Notes under the pieces: generated by a model
Seen by the model: the letters and a program-made list of their open reading frames with translations, nothing else
Told to the model about the DNA's origin: nothing
The model's database searches: none
Shown here: piece after piece, positions 7,936 to 15,463 of the stretch
Numbering within the stretch: position 1 is the stretch's first letter
How the letters are laid out: the number at the start of each line of letters is the position of its first letter
Source of the DNA: an uncultured Defluviitaleaceae bacterium
GTDB lineage: Bacteria; Bacillota; Clostridia; Lachnospirales; WRAX01
Reading direction: 5' to 3'
Length of the DNA stretch: 32,647 nt
Assembly: GCA_964449985.1 (NCBI GenBank)
Contig: CAYVCG010000004.1
Span: 8,556-41,202 of the forward strand
Program-made: the position numbers and the translations under genes

Positions 7936-8030
7936 TAAGTAGTTCGCTACCGGTCATGCGAATAATAAATAGGCCGTGAAAACGTGGTTCGCTGCCGGTC
8001 ATGCGAATTACAAATAGACCGTGAATAAGT
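7936..8030 (+). ncRNA. cptI: Type III antitoxin RNA (CptI-like), about 2.1 tandem 45-nt pseudoknot repeats
   Basis: TAAGTAGTTCGCTACCGGTCATGCGAATAATAAATAGGCCGTGAA (7936-7980), AACGTGGTTCGCTGCCGGTCATGCGAATTACAAATAGACCGTGAA (7981-8025) and partial TAAGT; the full units are 38/45 identical. Interleaved stems are TTCGC/GCGAA and CGGTC/G(A,G)CCG. Confidence 0.9.
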
Positions 8031-8032
8031 TT

Positions 8033-8066
8033 TAAGCCCTCTGTATTTGTAGAGGGCTTATTTATT
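8033..8066 (+). terminator. Terminator between antitoxin repeats and toxin gene
   Basis: TAAGCCCTCT-GTATTTGT-AGAGGGCTTA-TTTATT, in the position typical of type III TA loci. Confidence 0.88.
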
Positions 8067-8079
8067 AAGGTGAATACTT

Positions 8080-8571
8080 ATGATGATAAGCCAAGGAAGT
8101 GTTTATTTTATATTAGACAGTTTCTTTGAAAAGGTGGATGATCCATACTTAAAAATTAATTATGAGACTACAAAACGTCCTCATTATTTTGCAATGCAAG
8201 ATACCGCTACTTCATTATATTGGCTTATACCGTGTAGCACTAAAGTGGACAAGTTTGAAGACATTATTAAGAAAAAACAAAAACAGGGCAAGCCTACAGA
8301 TTCTATAAAGATAATGCGTATTCAGAATAAACAAATCGCTCTATTGTTTCAGGATATGTTTCCAATTATAGCGGATTATATAAAAGAGCCTTACATAAGG
8401 GCTGGTCAGCCATTTTGTATTTCAGATCCAAAAATAATATCAGAGCTTCAAAAAACAGCCAAAAATATTATTAAACTTTTAAGGATTGGTATTAAGTTTA
8501 CCCCCACACAACCTGATGCAATGAAAATTGAAAGGCTCATGTTGGCAGAGCTGCAGAATAATGATGCTTAA
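8080..8571 (+). CDS. cptN: Type III TA toxin, CptN-family endoribonuclease
   Basis: 163 aa with FF..DPYLK.N...RPHY, YWLIPCS, QDMFPI and GIKFTPTQPD segments that I recognise from CptN proteins. The locus has the promoter-repeats-terminator-toxin layout. Confidence 0.88.
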   Translation: MMISQGSVYFILDSFFEKVDDPYLKINYETTKRPHYFAMQDTATSLYWLIPCSTKVDKFEDIIKKKQKQGKPTDSIKIMRIQNKQIALLFQDMFPIIADYIKEPYIRAGQPFCISDPKIISELQKTAKNIIKLLRIGIKFTPTQPDAMKIERLMLAELQNNDA

Positions 8572-8630
8572 AAATAATAACACTCTCGGTAACTATGATT
8601 TATATACCGAGAGTGTTTGTTTTTATTTTT
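8571..8630. terminator. Bidirectional terminator between cptN and spoIIIAH
   Basis: AACACTCTCGGTA...TACCGAGAGTGTT with an A-rich left flank and a T-rich right flank, between convergent genes. Confidence 0.8.
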
Positions 8631-8632
8631 AT

Positions 8633-9394
8633 TTAATTCGCTTTTAATGGGGCAACCCTTATGTTTGCTGAGTCTATGCCAGTTTTGCGTTTTACGATGT
8701 CTTCTATCTGAGCTATTTCAGCTTCGGAAAGAACGGATTTACTAACGATAACATCTACTGTGTTGTCATCTATTCTAACATATGCTTCTGCAAAGCCTTT
8801 TGCCTCGATTAATGCTTCCGCAGCAGTTTCTTTTTCTATTCTTTGTTGAATTTCTAGCATAGAGTTTGCACATTCAGCCTTTTGAGCCTTTGCAACGTTT
8901 TGATTATTGATTAATTCTGTAAGGGTCTCTTTTTGTTTTGCTCTGTTTTGCTCTCTATCTAGCTTAGCTTGAACAAAGAATGAAGAATCGCTCGTGTTGT
9001 TTACAAAAACAGCGCCGCCCGAGTCATCCGATTTAGTTGCTGCTGATGGGTCTGTCTGCATGTTTACGGTCCTGCTTGTAACGTCTTCAAGGGTTATAGC
9101 GTTTTGATTTGCATTATTATCATCAAATGTTAATGCTATGCCGATTTCCTCGTCAGCAGGATTTAAAACGGCTTGGCTCAGGCCGTCTGTGTTATTCGAA
9201 TCAACTATCATAACTTCCTGCCCAGTAACGTCATCGACAACAATCTTTCCTGCTTTTGCATCTTCATATTCACTGTATGTCAGGCTGTCTTTATCATTTG
9301 GCTTTGTTGTCTCTATGTAATTGAGATATCCGGCAACGGCAATCATAATAACTAATGCTGTAATAACGACCTGGTTCCTTTTTATAGCAAACAT
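8633..9394 (-). CDS. spoIIIAH: Stage III sporulation protein AH
   Basis: N-terminal KRNQVVITALVIMIAVAGYLN anchor, FVQAKLDREQNR and EALIEAKGF...QIEDIVKRKTG. Last of the eight-gene operon. Confidence 0.92.
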   Translation of the reverse strand: MFAIKRNQVVITALVIMIAVAGYLNYIETTKPNDKDSLTYSEYEDAKAGKIVVDDVTGQEVMIVDSNNTDGLSQAVLNPADEEIGIALTFDDNNANQNAITLEDVTSRTVNMQTDPSAATKSDDSGGAVFVNNTSDSSFFVQAKLDREQNRAKQKETLTELINNQNVAKAQKAECANSMLEIQQRIEKETAAEALIEAKGFAEAYVRIDDNTVDVIVSKSVLSEAEIAQIEDIVKRKTGIDSANIRVAPLKAN

Positions 9395-9409
9395 TAAAAA
9401 TCCTCCTTA

Positions 9410-9988
9410 TTATTTCATTTTTAAGACTTGCACTTTGTGGGTCTCTAGACCTAAAACAGTTTGCGCCGCTTTAATGAGCGCATCTTTCACCAAAACATTA
9501 TTGCCTCCTTCCGCAATTATAATCACGCCTTCTACCTTAGGCTCTGTTTCCACTAACACAAGCGGTGTTTCGCTGCCGTCACTGTTTCTTATCATGACTG
9601 TGCTATCCTCCGACGTCTTCTGTGATGATATGCGTTTTCCTCCGGCAGCATCGACTTCGTCCGTTTCGGATTCGTTCGTTTTGCTGTCTTGCTGGACGGT
9701 AGCTTCCTTTCCATGTGTTAAAGTTATCATTACCTTTACCTTACCGGCACCTTCCACTAATGATAAAACATTTTCAAGCCTTTTCTCCAGGTCAGTCTCA
9801 TAGCTCGGGTAAGTTTCAGGCATTTTTATATTGGTTTCCTCTTTCGCCTGTGTCTTGGATTCATTTCGTGGGTTTTGGCTGAAAAAGCCGCCAAAAAAAA
9901 GTAAACAAACCCCCGCAATGAATATTAATGCCAAGCTGTATAGGCTTTTTTTGTCTTTGTTTTTAAACAAATTTTTGAAAAAGCTCAT
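9410..9988 (-). CDS. spoIIIAG: Stage III sporulation protein AG
   Basis: YETDLEKRLENVLSLVEGAGKVKVMITL and PKVEGVIIIAEG...HKVQVLKMK. Confidence 0.93.
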   Translation of the reverse strand: MSFFKNLFKNKDKKSLYSLALIFIAGVCLLFFGGFFSQNPRNESKTQAKEETNIKMPETYPSYETDLEKRLENVLSLVEGAGKVKVMITLTHGKEATVQQDSKTNESETDEVDAAGGKRISSQKTSEDSTVMIRNSDGSETPLVLVETEPKVEGVIIIAEGGNNVLVKDALIKAAQTVLGLETHKVQVLKMK

Positions 9989-10002
9989 AATAGTTTCTCA
10001 CC

Positions 10003-10659
10003 TCAATTTTTCTTTTGTACTGTAATATGTATATTATCGATAGATAAGTTATAGAAGTCCGAAAATAAATTTTTTAAATTTTTTAACTCCGCATAATCTC
10101 CGTTGTCTTTTTTGTCCGCATCGGGATCATATTTCGTTGAAAAGATGTCTTTTTTATTTATTTCAACAGGCTCTATTCTTATAAAAGGCTTGGCTGTTGG
10201 GGTTATATTTGAGAAAGCCTCCGGCTTGTCAGAGACCTCAATATATATGTCCAAAATCTCTCCGAAGTTGTCCTCTGTTTCACAAACTGAGATAGAGCTG
10301 TCTATATACGAAAAATCTCCGCTTTTATTAACAAGGCTTTTTATTTGGTCTTTTATGCTTGATTTATAAGTTTCTAGGATTAATTCGTTTTGTGTTTCGT
10401 CGTATTGAATTTTCTCTGTGTATGCTCCGTCTATAGTTATTCTTGTAGTAAATTCATCCACAATATCATTAAGGCTCCTCTCGTTTGAATTCCCCAGGAA
10501 TGAGTTAATAGGCTGAAGAATCAAAAAAATCATAACAAATCCAAGCGTTAGCTTTATGTAGCTTTTATATTTTGAATCAGGGATAACGGCAAGGGCAAAC
10601 GTGGTGAATATAAGAAAGACAGCCAAATCCCTTATATAAATAGCAAAATCGTGTATCAT
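10003..10659 (-). CDS. spoIIIAF: Stage III sporulation protein AF
   Basis: Two N-terminal TM helices with the P.SKYKSYIKL..G...I..IL.PI motif; operon position. Confidence 0.88.
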   Translation of the reverse strand: MIHDFAIYIRDLAVFLIFTTFALAVIPDSKYKSYIKLTLGFVMIFLILQPINSFLGNSNERSLNDIVDEFTTRITIDGAYTEKIQYDETQNELILETYKSSIKDQIKSLVNKSGDFSYIDSSISVCETEDNFGEILDIYIEVSDKPEAFSNITPTAKPFIRIEPVEINKKDIFSTKYDPDADKKDNGDYAELKNLKNLFSDFYNLSIDNIHITVQKKN

Positions 10660-10678
10660 TGAGTCCTCCTTTGTTTGC

Positions 10679-11812
10679 CTAAATTGAAAGCGTTACCATA
10701 ACCATAAACACAAACATGAATATGGTACAAACACACGCCCCGAGCAATACTGCCGTTATAGAGCCGATGCTGTCTATTGCCTTTACTATGCGCGGATCAC
10801 TGACCGGCTGGATTATTGCTGCGCTAAATTTAAACACCGCTATAAACGCAATAAGCTTTAATACAGGCACAGCGCATATCATCAGTATTGATATGATAAA
10901 CGCTGTCATTACACCGCTTTTAACCGCAGATGTCCAGTAGGTTACCATATCAACAGCTCCATTTAATGCTTGTCCTACAACGGGTACGATGTTTAACGTT
11001 GCTTTTGCTGTTTTTGTAACAGCCGTGTTTACGATAGGCGTGCTCAGCGCATGGAGGGAGAGTATTGCAACAAATATAAGGGTCATACCCTTCATTGCCC
11101 AGCCGGTGCATTTTTTTAACATAGTGGCAAGCTTTTGCAAAATCTCTTTTTCAGAAATATAGTTGATTAGCTGCAAAACGGCTGTGAAGATAAGAACAGG
11201 CGTTATAATATCTCTAACAAACAAGGCAAGAGCGTTTATAATAAATGCCATAATCGGGCTAAAAACATAAGCAGAGCCAACATTGCCGGACATAGCCATA
11301 AGCGTAAGCACAACAGGCAAAGATGCCTGCATAATAGAGCATAAATCGTTTATAAACGAAATCATAACCCCAGAGCAAATATTAAACGATGAAATAAGAA
11401 TAATGATTATTGTTAGATAGCACATATAAAATCCCAGTTCGCTGACATGGTTTTTGTTTAGCGAAAGGGATAGGTTGTTTAAAAATGCCCCCAATATTGC
11501 TATGAGAATCATGTTTCGAACAAGTGATGCAAGGGTAATAAACTCCCCGAAAAAGCTCTTGGAGATTGTCTTTATTATGCTTTGGGGTGATAAATCCAGC
11601 TTGCCTTCTATGGCTTGTCTTGCCAAATCTTCAATGGATATGCCGTTAGAATCAGTATCCATCCCGCCGATTATTTTATCTATTTCCCCAAGATTTAGAT
11701 TATCAATTTGGGAATTAATGACCTCTTGGCCGTCTATTTCCGCCGCGTATATCTGTTGCACTGATAAAACAGCCATAACTACTAAAATTAAGATTACTAT
11801 GTACTTCCTCAT
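10679..11812 (-). CDS. spoIIIAE: Stage III sporulation protein AE
   Basis: Polytopic membrane protein with VPVVGQAL and AAIIQPVSDPRI motifs. Start moved to ATG 11812 (GGAGG RBS). Confidence 0.92.
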   Translation of the reverse strand: MRKYIVILILVVMAVLSVQQIYAAEIDGQEVINSQIDNLNLGEIDKIIGGMDTDSNGISIEDLARQAIEGKLDLSPQSIIKTISKSFFGEFITLASLVRNMILIAILGAFLNNLSLSLNKNHVSELGFYMCYLTIIIILISSFNICSGVMISFINDLCSIMQASLPVVLTLMAMSGNVGSAYVFSPIMAFIINALALFVRDIITPVLIFTAVLQLINYISEKEILQKLATMLKKCTGWAMKGMTLIFVAILSLHALSTPIVNTAVTKTAKATLNIVPVVGQALNGAVDMVTYWTSAVKSGVMTAFIISILMICAVPVLKLIAFIAVFKFSAAIIQPVSDPRIVKAIDSIGSITAVLLGACVCTIFMFVFMVMVTLSI

Positions 11813-11844
11813 TAGTAAAACCTCCGTTGCGCTTGTGTTAAAGC

Positions 11845-12231
11845 TCACCCCAGCATATTAAACACCTGCTCCAAAAGCGCAAATATTATCGGCGACGACA
11901 CCGTTAGAATAATTATCTTGCCTCCAAACTCGATTTTGGAGGCGATAGCTGATTCACCCGCATCGTGGCAGATTTGCGAACCGAATTCCGCTATATATGC
12001 TATGCCGATTATTTTCAGCAAAACAGGAGCATAAGGTATGCTTGCTGTTATCCTGTCGCCAATGTTTTGCAAAAAGCCTATGACGGATGAAATATGCGGC
12101 AGAAGCATTATAAGTATTAAAAGGCTTGCAGCGATACATATCATAAGGCTAAACACTGGGCTTTCTTTTTTTAATACAATTGAAAGCACAGCCGAAACGA
12201 TTCCTATAGCAACAATCTGTAGTATCTCCAT
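11845..12231 (-). CDS. spoIIIAD: Stage III sporulation protein AD
   Basis: LLKIIGIAYIAEFGSQICHDAGESAIASKIE motif. Confidence 0.95.
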   Translation of the reverse strand: MEILQIVAIGIVSAVLSIVLKKESPVFSLMICIAASLLILIMLLPHISSVIGFLQNIGDRITASIPYAPVLLKIIGIAYIAEFGSQICHDAGESAIASKIEFGGKIIILTVSSPIIFALLEQVFNMLG

Positions 12232-12242
12232 ACAATCACTTC

Positions 12243-12437
12243 CTACAAATTAAACAGCTTTTGCACAGTTGTAAACAGACCGCTTATATGCTGTATTATC
12301 CAAAACAGTACGACAACAATTCCGGCCAGTGTCGTCATCATTGCTTGTTCTTGCCTTCCTGCGCTCATTAAAACCTGGTTGATAACTGCAACTAAAATAC
12401 CAACCGCAGCTATTTGGAAAACAATTGTTATTTCCAT
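12243..12437 (-). CDS. spoIIIAC: Stage III sporulation protein AC
   Basis: 64 aa, FQIAAVGILVAVINQVL..AGR.EQAMMTTLAG. Confidence 0.95.
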   Translation of the reverse strand: MEITIVFQIAAVGILVAVINQVLMSAGRQEQAMMTTLAGIVVVLFWIIQHISGLFTTVQKLFNL

Positions 12438-12481
12438 ATGTATTTCCTCCTAATAAATAAGTTTTGTCCCCTGTAACATAT

Positions 12482-13003
12482 TTATAAAAACACAACAGCG
12501 ACCAATATGCCTCCCAAAATGCCAAGGCTACTGTAAAGCTTTTTGTTTTTCCCGCTGACTTCTTGCAGTGATTCGCATTTTGTATCTATATAATCAATCA
12601 TGATTTGTATGCCGTTTGTTTGCAGCTTCATATCAAGATAACCAAGCGTATTTCCGAGTGATTTAAAATAGTCTATGTCCTCGCTCTCTAGATATGTTTT
12701 TTTTAAACAAGTCTGCAAAGCATCCTGCCATATGGCGTCTATGCCATAGCCTGTCCTCTCATTAAGCCTGTTTGCTACATATTCAAAAAATAGGGCCAAA
12801 CTTGGGCTTGTCCTCTTTGATATAAGCAACATGGCATCGGGCAGGGGAGAGAGGGAAAACTCTATCTGTGATTTTAATATAATAAGCGCTTTTTTTATAT
12901 CCTCCAAAGCCTTTATACGGTAGTTATCACGATTTGAATAATAATATCCAAACATTGAGGATGAAAAGATAATCAAAAGGCTGCCCGCGATTTTTAAAAA
13001 CAT
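12482..13003 (-). CDS. spoIIIAB: Stage III sporulation protein AB
   Basis: LKIAGSLLII N-terminus, LG..LGYLD...Q and KLYSSLGILGG C-terminus. ATG 13003 preferred; GTG 13012 is an alternative. Confidence 0.92.
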   Translation of the reverse strand: MFLKIAGSLLIIFSSSMFGYYYSNRDNYRIKALEDIKKALIILKSQIEFSLSPLPDAMLLISKRTSPSLALFFEYVANRLNERTGYGIDAIWQDALQTCLKKTYLESEDIDYFKSLGNTLGYLDMKLQTNGIQIMIDYIDTKCESLQEVSGKNKKLYSSLGILGGILVAVVFL

Positions 13004-13008
13004 ATTTT

Positions 13009-13962
13009 TCACCCCACATAAATATTATTAAAGCTGCTATCATAAACGCCCGAGATTTCGCCCGGGGTTTCGCTGTTTTTTAGAACTATAAAGACTTGGA
13101 AAATCTTTTTTGCAAGCAGCTTCGATAGTGTTTCTTTTTGTTTTAAATCATCTATTCCAAAGCCGTGGGCTGTGCATATTAGTTTAACGCCGGAGTTTGC
13201 GATTTCGTCTATTGCACATACGTCTTCCTCGCGGCCTATCTCATCCGCCACAATAATTTCCGGGGACATTGAGCGAAGCAGCATTATCATGCCTTTGGCT
13301 TTAGGGCAGGCATCCAAAACATCGGATCTTATACCCACATCATTTTGCGGAATACCCATATAACACGCCGCTATCTCAGAGCGTTCATCAGCTATGCCGA
13401 TATTGTGGCCTCTTATGCTGTTGCTTGGATCACCTTCGCTAAGCAGCCTTGTTACGTCACGAACAAGGGTTGTTTTGCCACAACCCGGAGGTGATATAAT
13501 CATCGTATGCTTTAATGATGGTTTTGCTATGTAGTTTATTATCTTGGATGCACAACCCTTTACTTCATGGGTTATTCTTATATTCAGGCCGTTAATATTT
13601 TTTAGTGTTCTAATTTCGCCTGAGTTTAAGACTGCTTGTCCACATATACCGACCCTATGGCCGCCAGATAATGTTATATATCCGTTTTTTAGTTCCTCCT
13701 CAAAGGCATATAAGGAATAGTTACTCATGAGCTCTATAGCGTTATTTATATCGTTTGCTGTGGGTTTATACGCCTTTTCGGAGGAGTTATAAGCCGTGCC
13801 GTCAGATGCGATAAAATATTCCCGTCCGCTTATCCTAACGCACAGCGGCTTGTTGACTCTTATACGTATTTCTGTGATATTATGTGTCTCACAGTTCATA
13901 CCGGCAAGAACATCGCGCAGGTTTCCGCCTATATATCTTGATGCCAGTTCTTTTGTAGTCAT
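13009..13962 (-). CDS. spoIIIAA: Stage III sporulation protein AA (ATPase)
   Basis: Motifs EIRIRVNKP, GYITLSGGHRVG, Walker A SPPGCGKTT, DERSEIAAC and RSMSPEIIVADEIG. Confidence 0.96.
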   Translation of the reverse strand: MTTKELASRYIGGNLRDVLAGMNCETHNITEIRIRVNKPLCVRISGREYFIASDGTAYNSSEKAYKPTANDINNAIELMSNYSLYAFEEELKNGYITLSGGHRVGICGQAVLNSGEIRTLKNINGLNIRITHEVKGCASKIINYIAKPSLKHTMIISPPGCGKTTLVRDVTRLLSEGDPSNSIRGHNIGIADERSEIAACYMGIPQNDVGIRSDVLDACPKAKGMIMLLRSMSPEIIVADEIGREEDVCAIDEIANSGVKLICTAHGFGIDDLKQKETLSKLLAKKIFQVFIVLKNSETPGEISGVYDSSFNNIYVG

Positions 13963-14030
13963 AAAACATATCCCCTCTTTTGTATAAATACTATGAGTAA
14001 TTTATATGCAAATTAAGAATGTTTTAGCAC

Positions 14031-14060
14031 AAAAAAATTTGGGGTTTTAGCCCCAAAGAT
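14031..14060 (-). terminator. Intrinsic terminator after the capA-family gene
   Basis: Minus strand TTTGGGG-CTAAAA-CCCCAAA followed by a T run. Confidence 0.75.
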
Positions 14061-14069
14061 TTTTAGAAA

Positions 14070-15266
14070 TTATTCAATTATTTTATAATAGTACGCAGGG
14101 GCAATATCAGCGGGATGAACTTCTGTGCCAAGGATTTTCATTGCTATTTCGTTATTAACGGAAATAATCCTTTGCAAATCATTTGGTCTGAGATCTATGC
14201 GTTCGCCGTTTTCAACCGCTTTTAGCGTATCAAAGACAGGTAATACAATCATATCTCTTTGGCCGCTTGTGTTAGTATATTTAACCCATGTTGGTATATA
14301 GCTAACAGATGTTATTTGTGTTTTGTTTCCTGCTTTTTTAAAGCTGATGTTTAAAATCATTCCCGCATCCCTTGGCTTTGTACGTTGGGAGGAAACAAAG
14401 TTTCCCATTGAATAAGCGACGAAACAGTCTCTGGTTGTTTCGTGTTTATCTGTAACTTCTATAAATTCCATTGGCTGTATGACGTGTGGGTGGCTTGCTA
14501 TGATGACATCAGCCCCGGCTTCCGCCATCATTTTTGCATATTGTTTAAATGTATCGTTGGGCGCTGTTTCGTATTCATTGCCCATGTGTGGCAAAACGAC
14601 AATAATATCCGGTTTGGCTTTCTTTGCCTTTGCTATATCTTTTTTAATAAGCTGTTCGTCCAGCATATTAACAAGATAGTCTTTTCCTTCGGGAAGAGGT
14701 ATACCGTTTGTGCTATACGTATAAGACAGAAACGCAAATCTTATATTATTTATATCTTTTATAAATACATGATCCCGCTCTTCTTGGGATCTATACGTTC
14801 CGACATGATCAAATCCAAGCTTGTCTAAAACATCCAGTGTTCTTAAAATGCCTGCTTCACGTTTATCATTGGAATGATTGTTCGCTGTAGTCAAAAGGCT
14901 TATTCCCGCCTTTTTTAATGCCTCTGCAAATGTATCCGGTGTATTAAAACAGGGATAGTCGCTGTAGCCTATTTCATTACCAGCAAAAGTTGTTTCCAGA
15001 TTCCCGACCGTCATATCAGTCGTTTTTAAATATTTTTCTACCTTTGAGAAACAATAATTAAAGTCATAGCTGTCTGTGGATTTATTATATGCGGAAACCA
15101 TTTGTGGTTTATGAACCATTAGGTCTCCGACAAAGGCAATCGTTGCATTTGATTCGTTTTTGTGTGTGGCGTGTATCGTTAAGATTGTGTAAGGATTAGC
15201 GTTAATAAATGTGAAAATAGATAAGAATAAGGCTATTATTTTATATTTTTTGAAATCTTTATGCAT
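14070..15266 (-). CDS. CapA (PGA_cap) family metallophosphatase with N-terminal signal/anchor
   Basis: Motifs VGDLMVH, GNLET, ANNHSND, PHMGNEY, SHPHVIQP and YSMGNFVS. Start moved to ATG 15266 (MHKDFKK, GAGGTG RBS). Confidence 0.88.
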   Translation of the reverse strand: MHKDFKKYKIIALFLSIFTFINANPYTILTIHATHKNESNATIAFVGDLMVHKPQMVSAYNKSTDSYDFNYCFSKVEKYLKTTDMTVGNLETTFAGNEIGYSDYPCFNTPDTFAEALKKAGISLLTTANNHSNDKREAGILRTLDVLDKLGFDHVGTYRSQEERDHVFIKDINNIRFAFLSYTYSTNGIPLPEGKDYLVNMLDEQLIKKDIAKAKKAKPDIIVVLPHMGNEYETAPNDTFKQYAKMMAEAGADVIIASHPHVIQPMEFIEVTDKHETTRDCFVAYSMGNFVSSQRTKPRDAGMILNISFKKAGNKTQITSVSYIPTWVKYTNTSGQRDMIVLPVFDTLKAVENGERIDLRPNDLQRIISVNNEIAMKILGTEVHPADIAPAYYYKIIE

Positions 15267-15463
15267 TTTTAACACCTCTTTTGTAATATATATAATGCCC
15301 CGGCCAAAATAATATATTTTGTAAAATGTTGTCACAAATATTGATAAATGGTATTGACAAAATGTGCTATAATAAGTTATATGTTTAGATTTATATATGA
15401 TTATAGGGCTATAAATATAAGTTATAAATGTTATATACAATAATGCAAAGGAAAGATGTCGGC

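Noticed and set aside
7936-8030. Tandem repeats as a mini CRISPR array
   Set aside because: The units are contiguous with no unique spacers, there are no cas genes, and the layout fits a type III antitoxin.
13975-14030. SigE promoter for spoIIIA
   Set aside because: One is expected biologically and CATA-containing boxes are present, but I could not assign a unique -35/-10 pair.
15285-15325. SigG/SigF-like promoter for the capA-family gene (minus strand GGGCATTATA)
   Set aside because: The -10 is plausible but the -35 match is poor, so it is not distinguishable from chance in AT-rich DNA.
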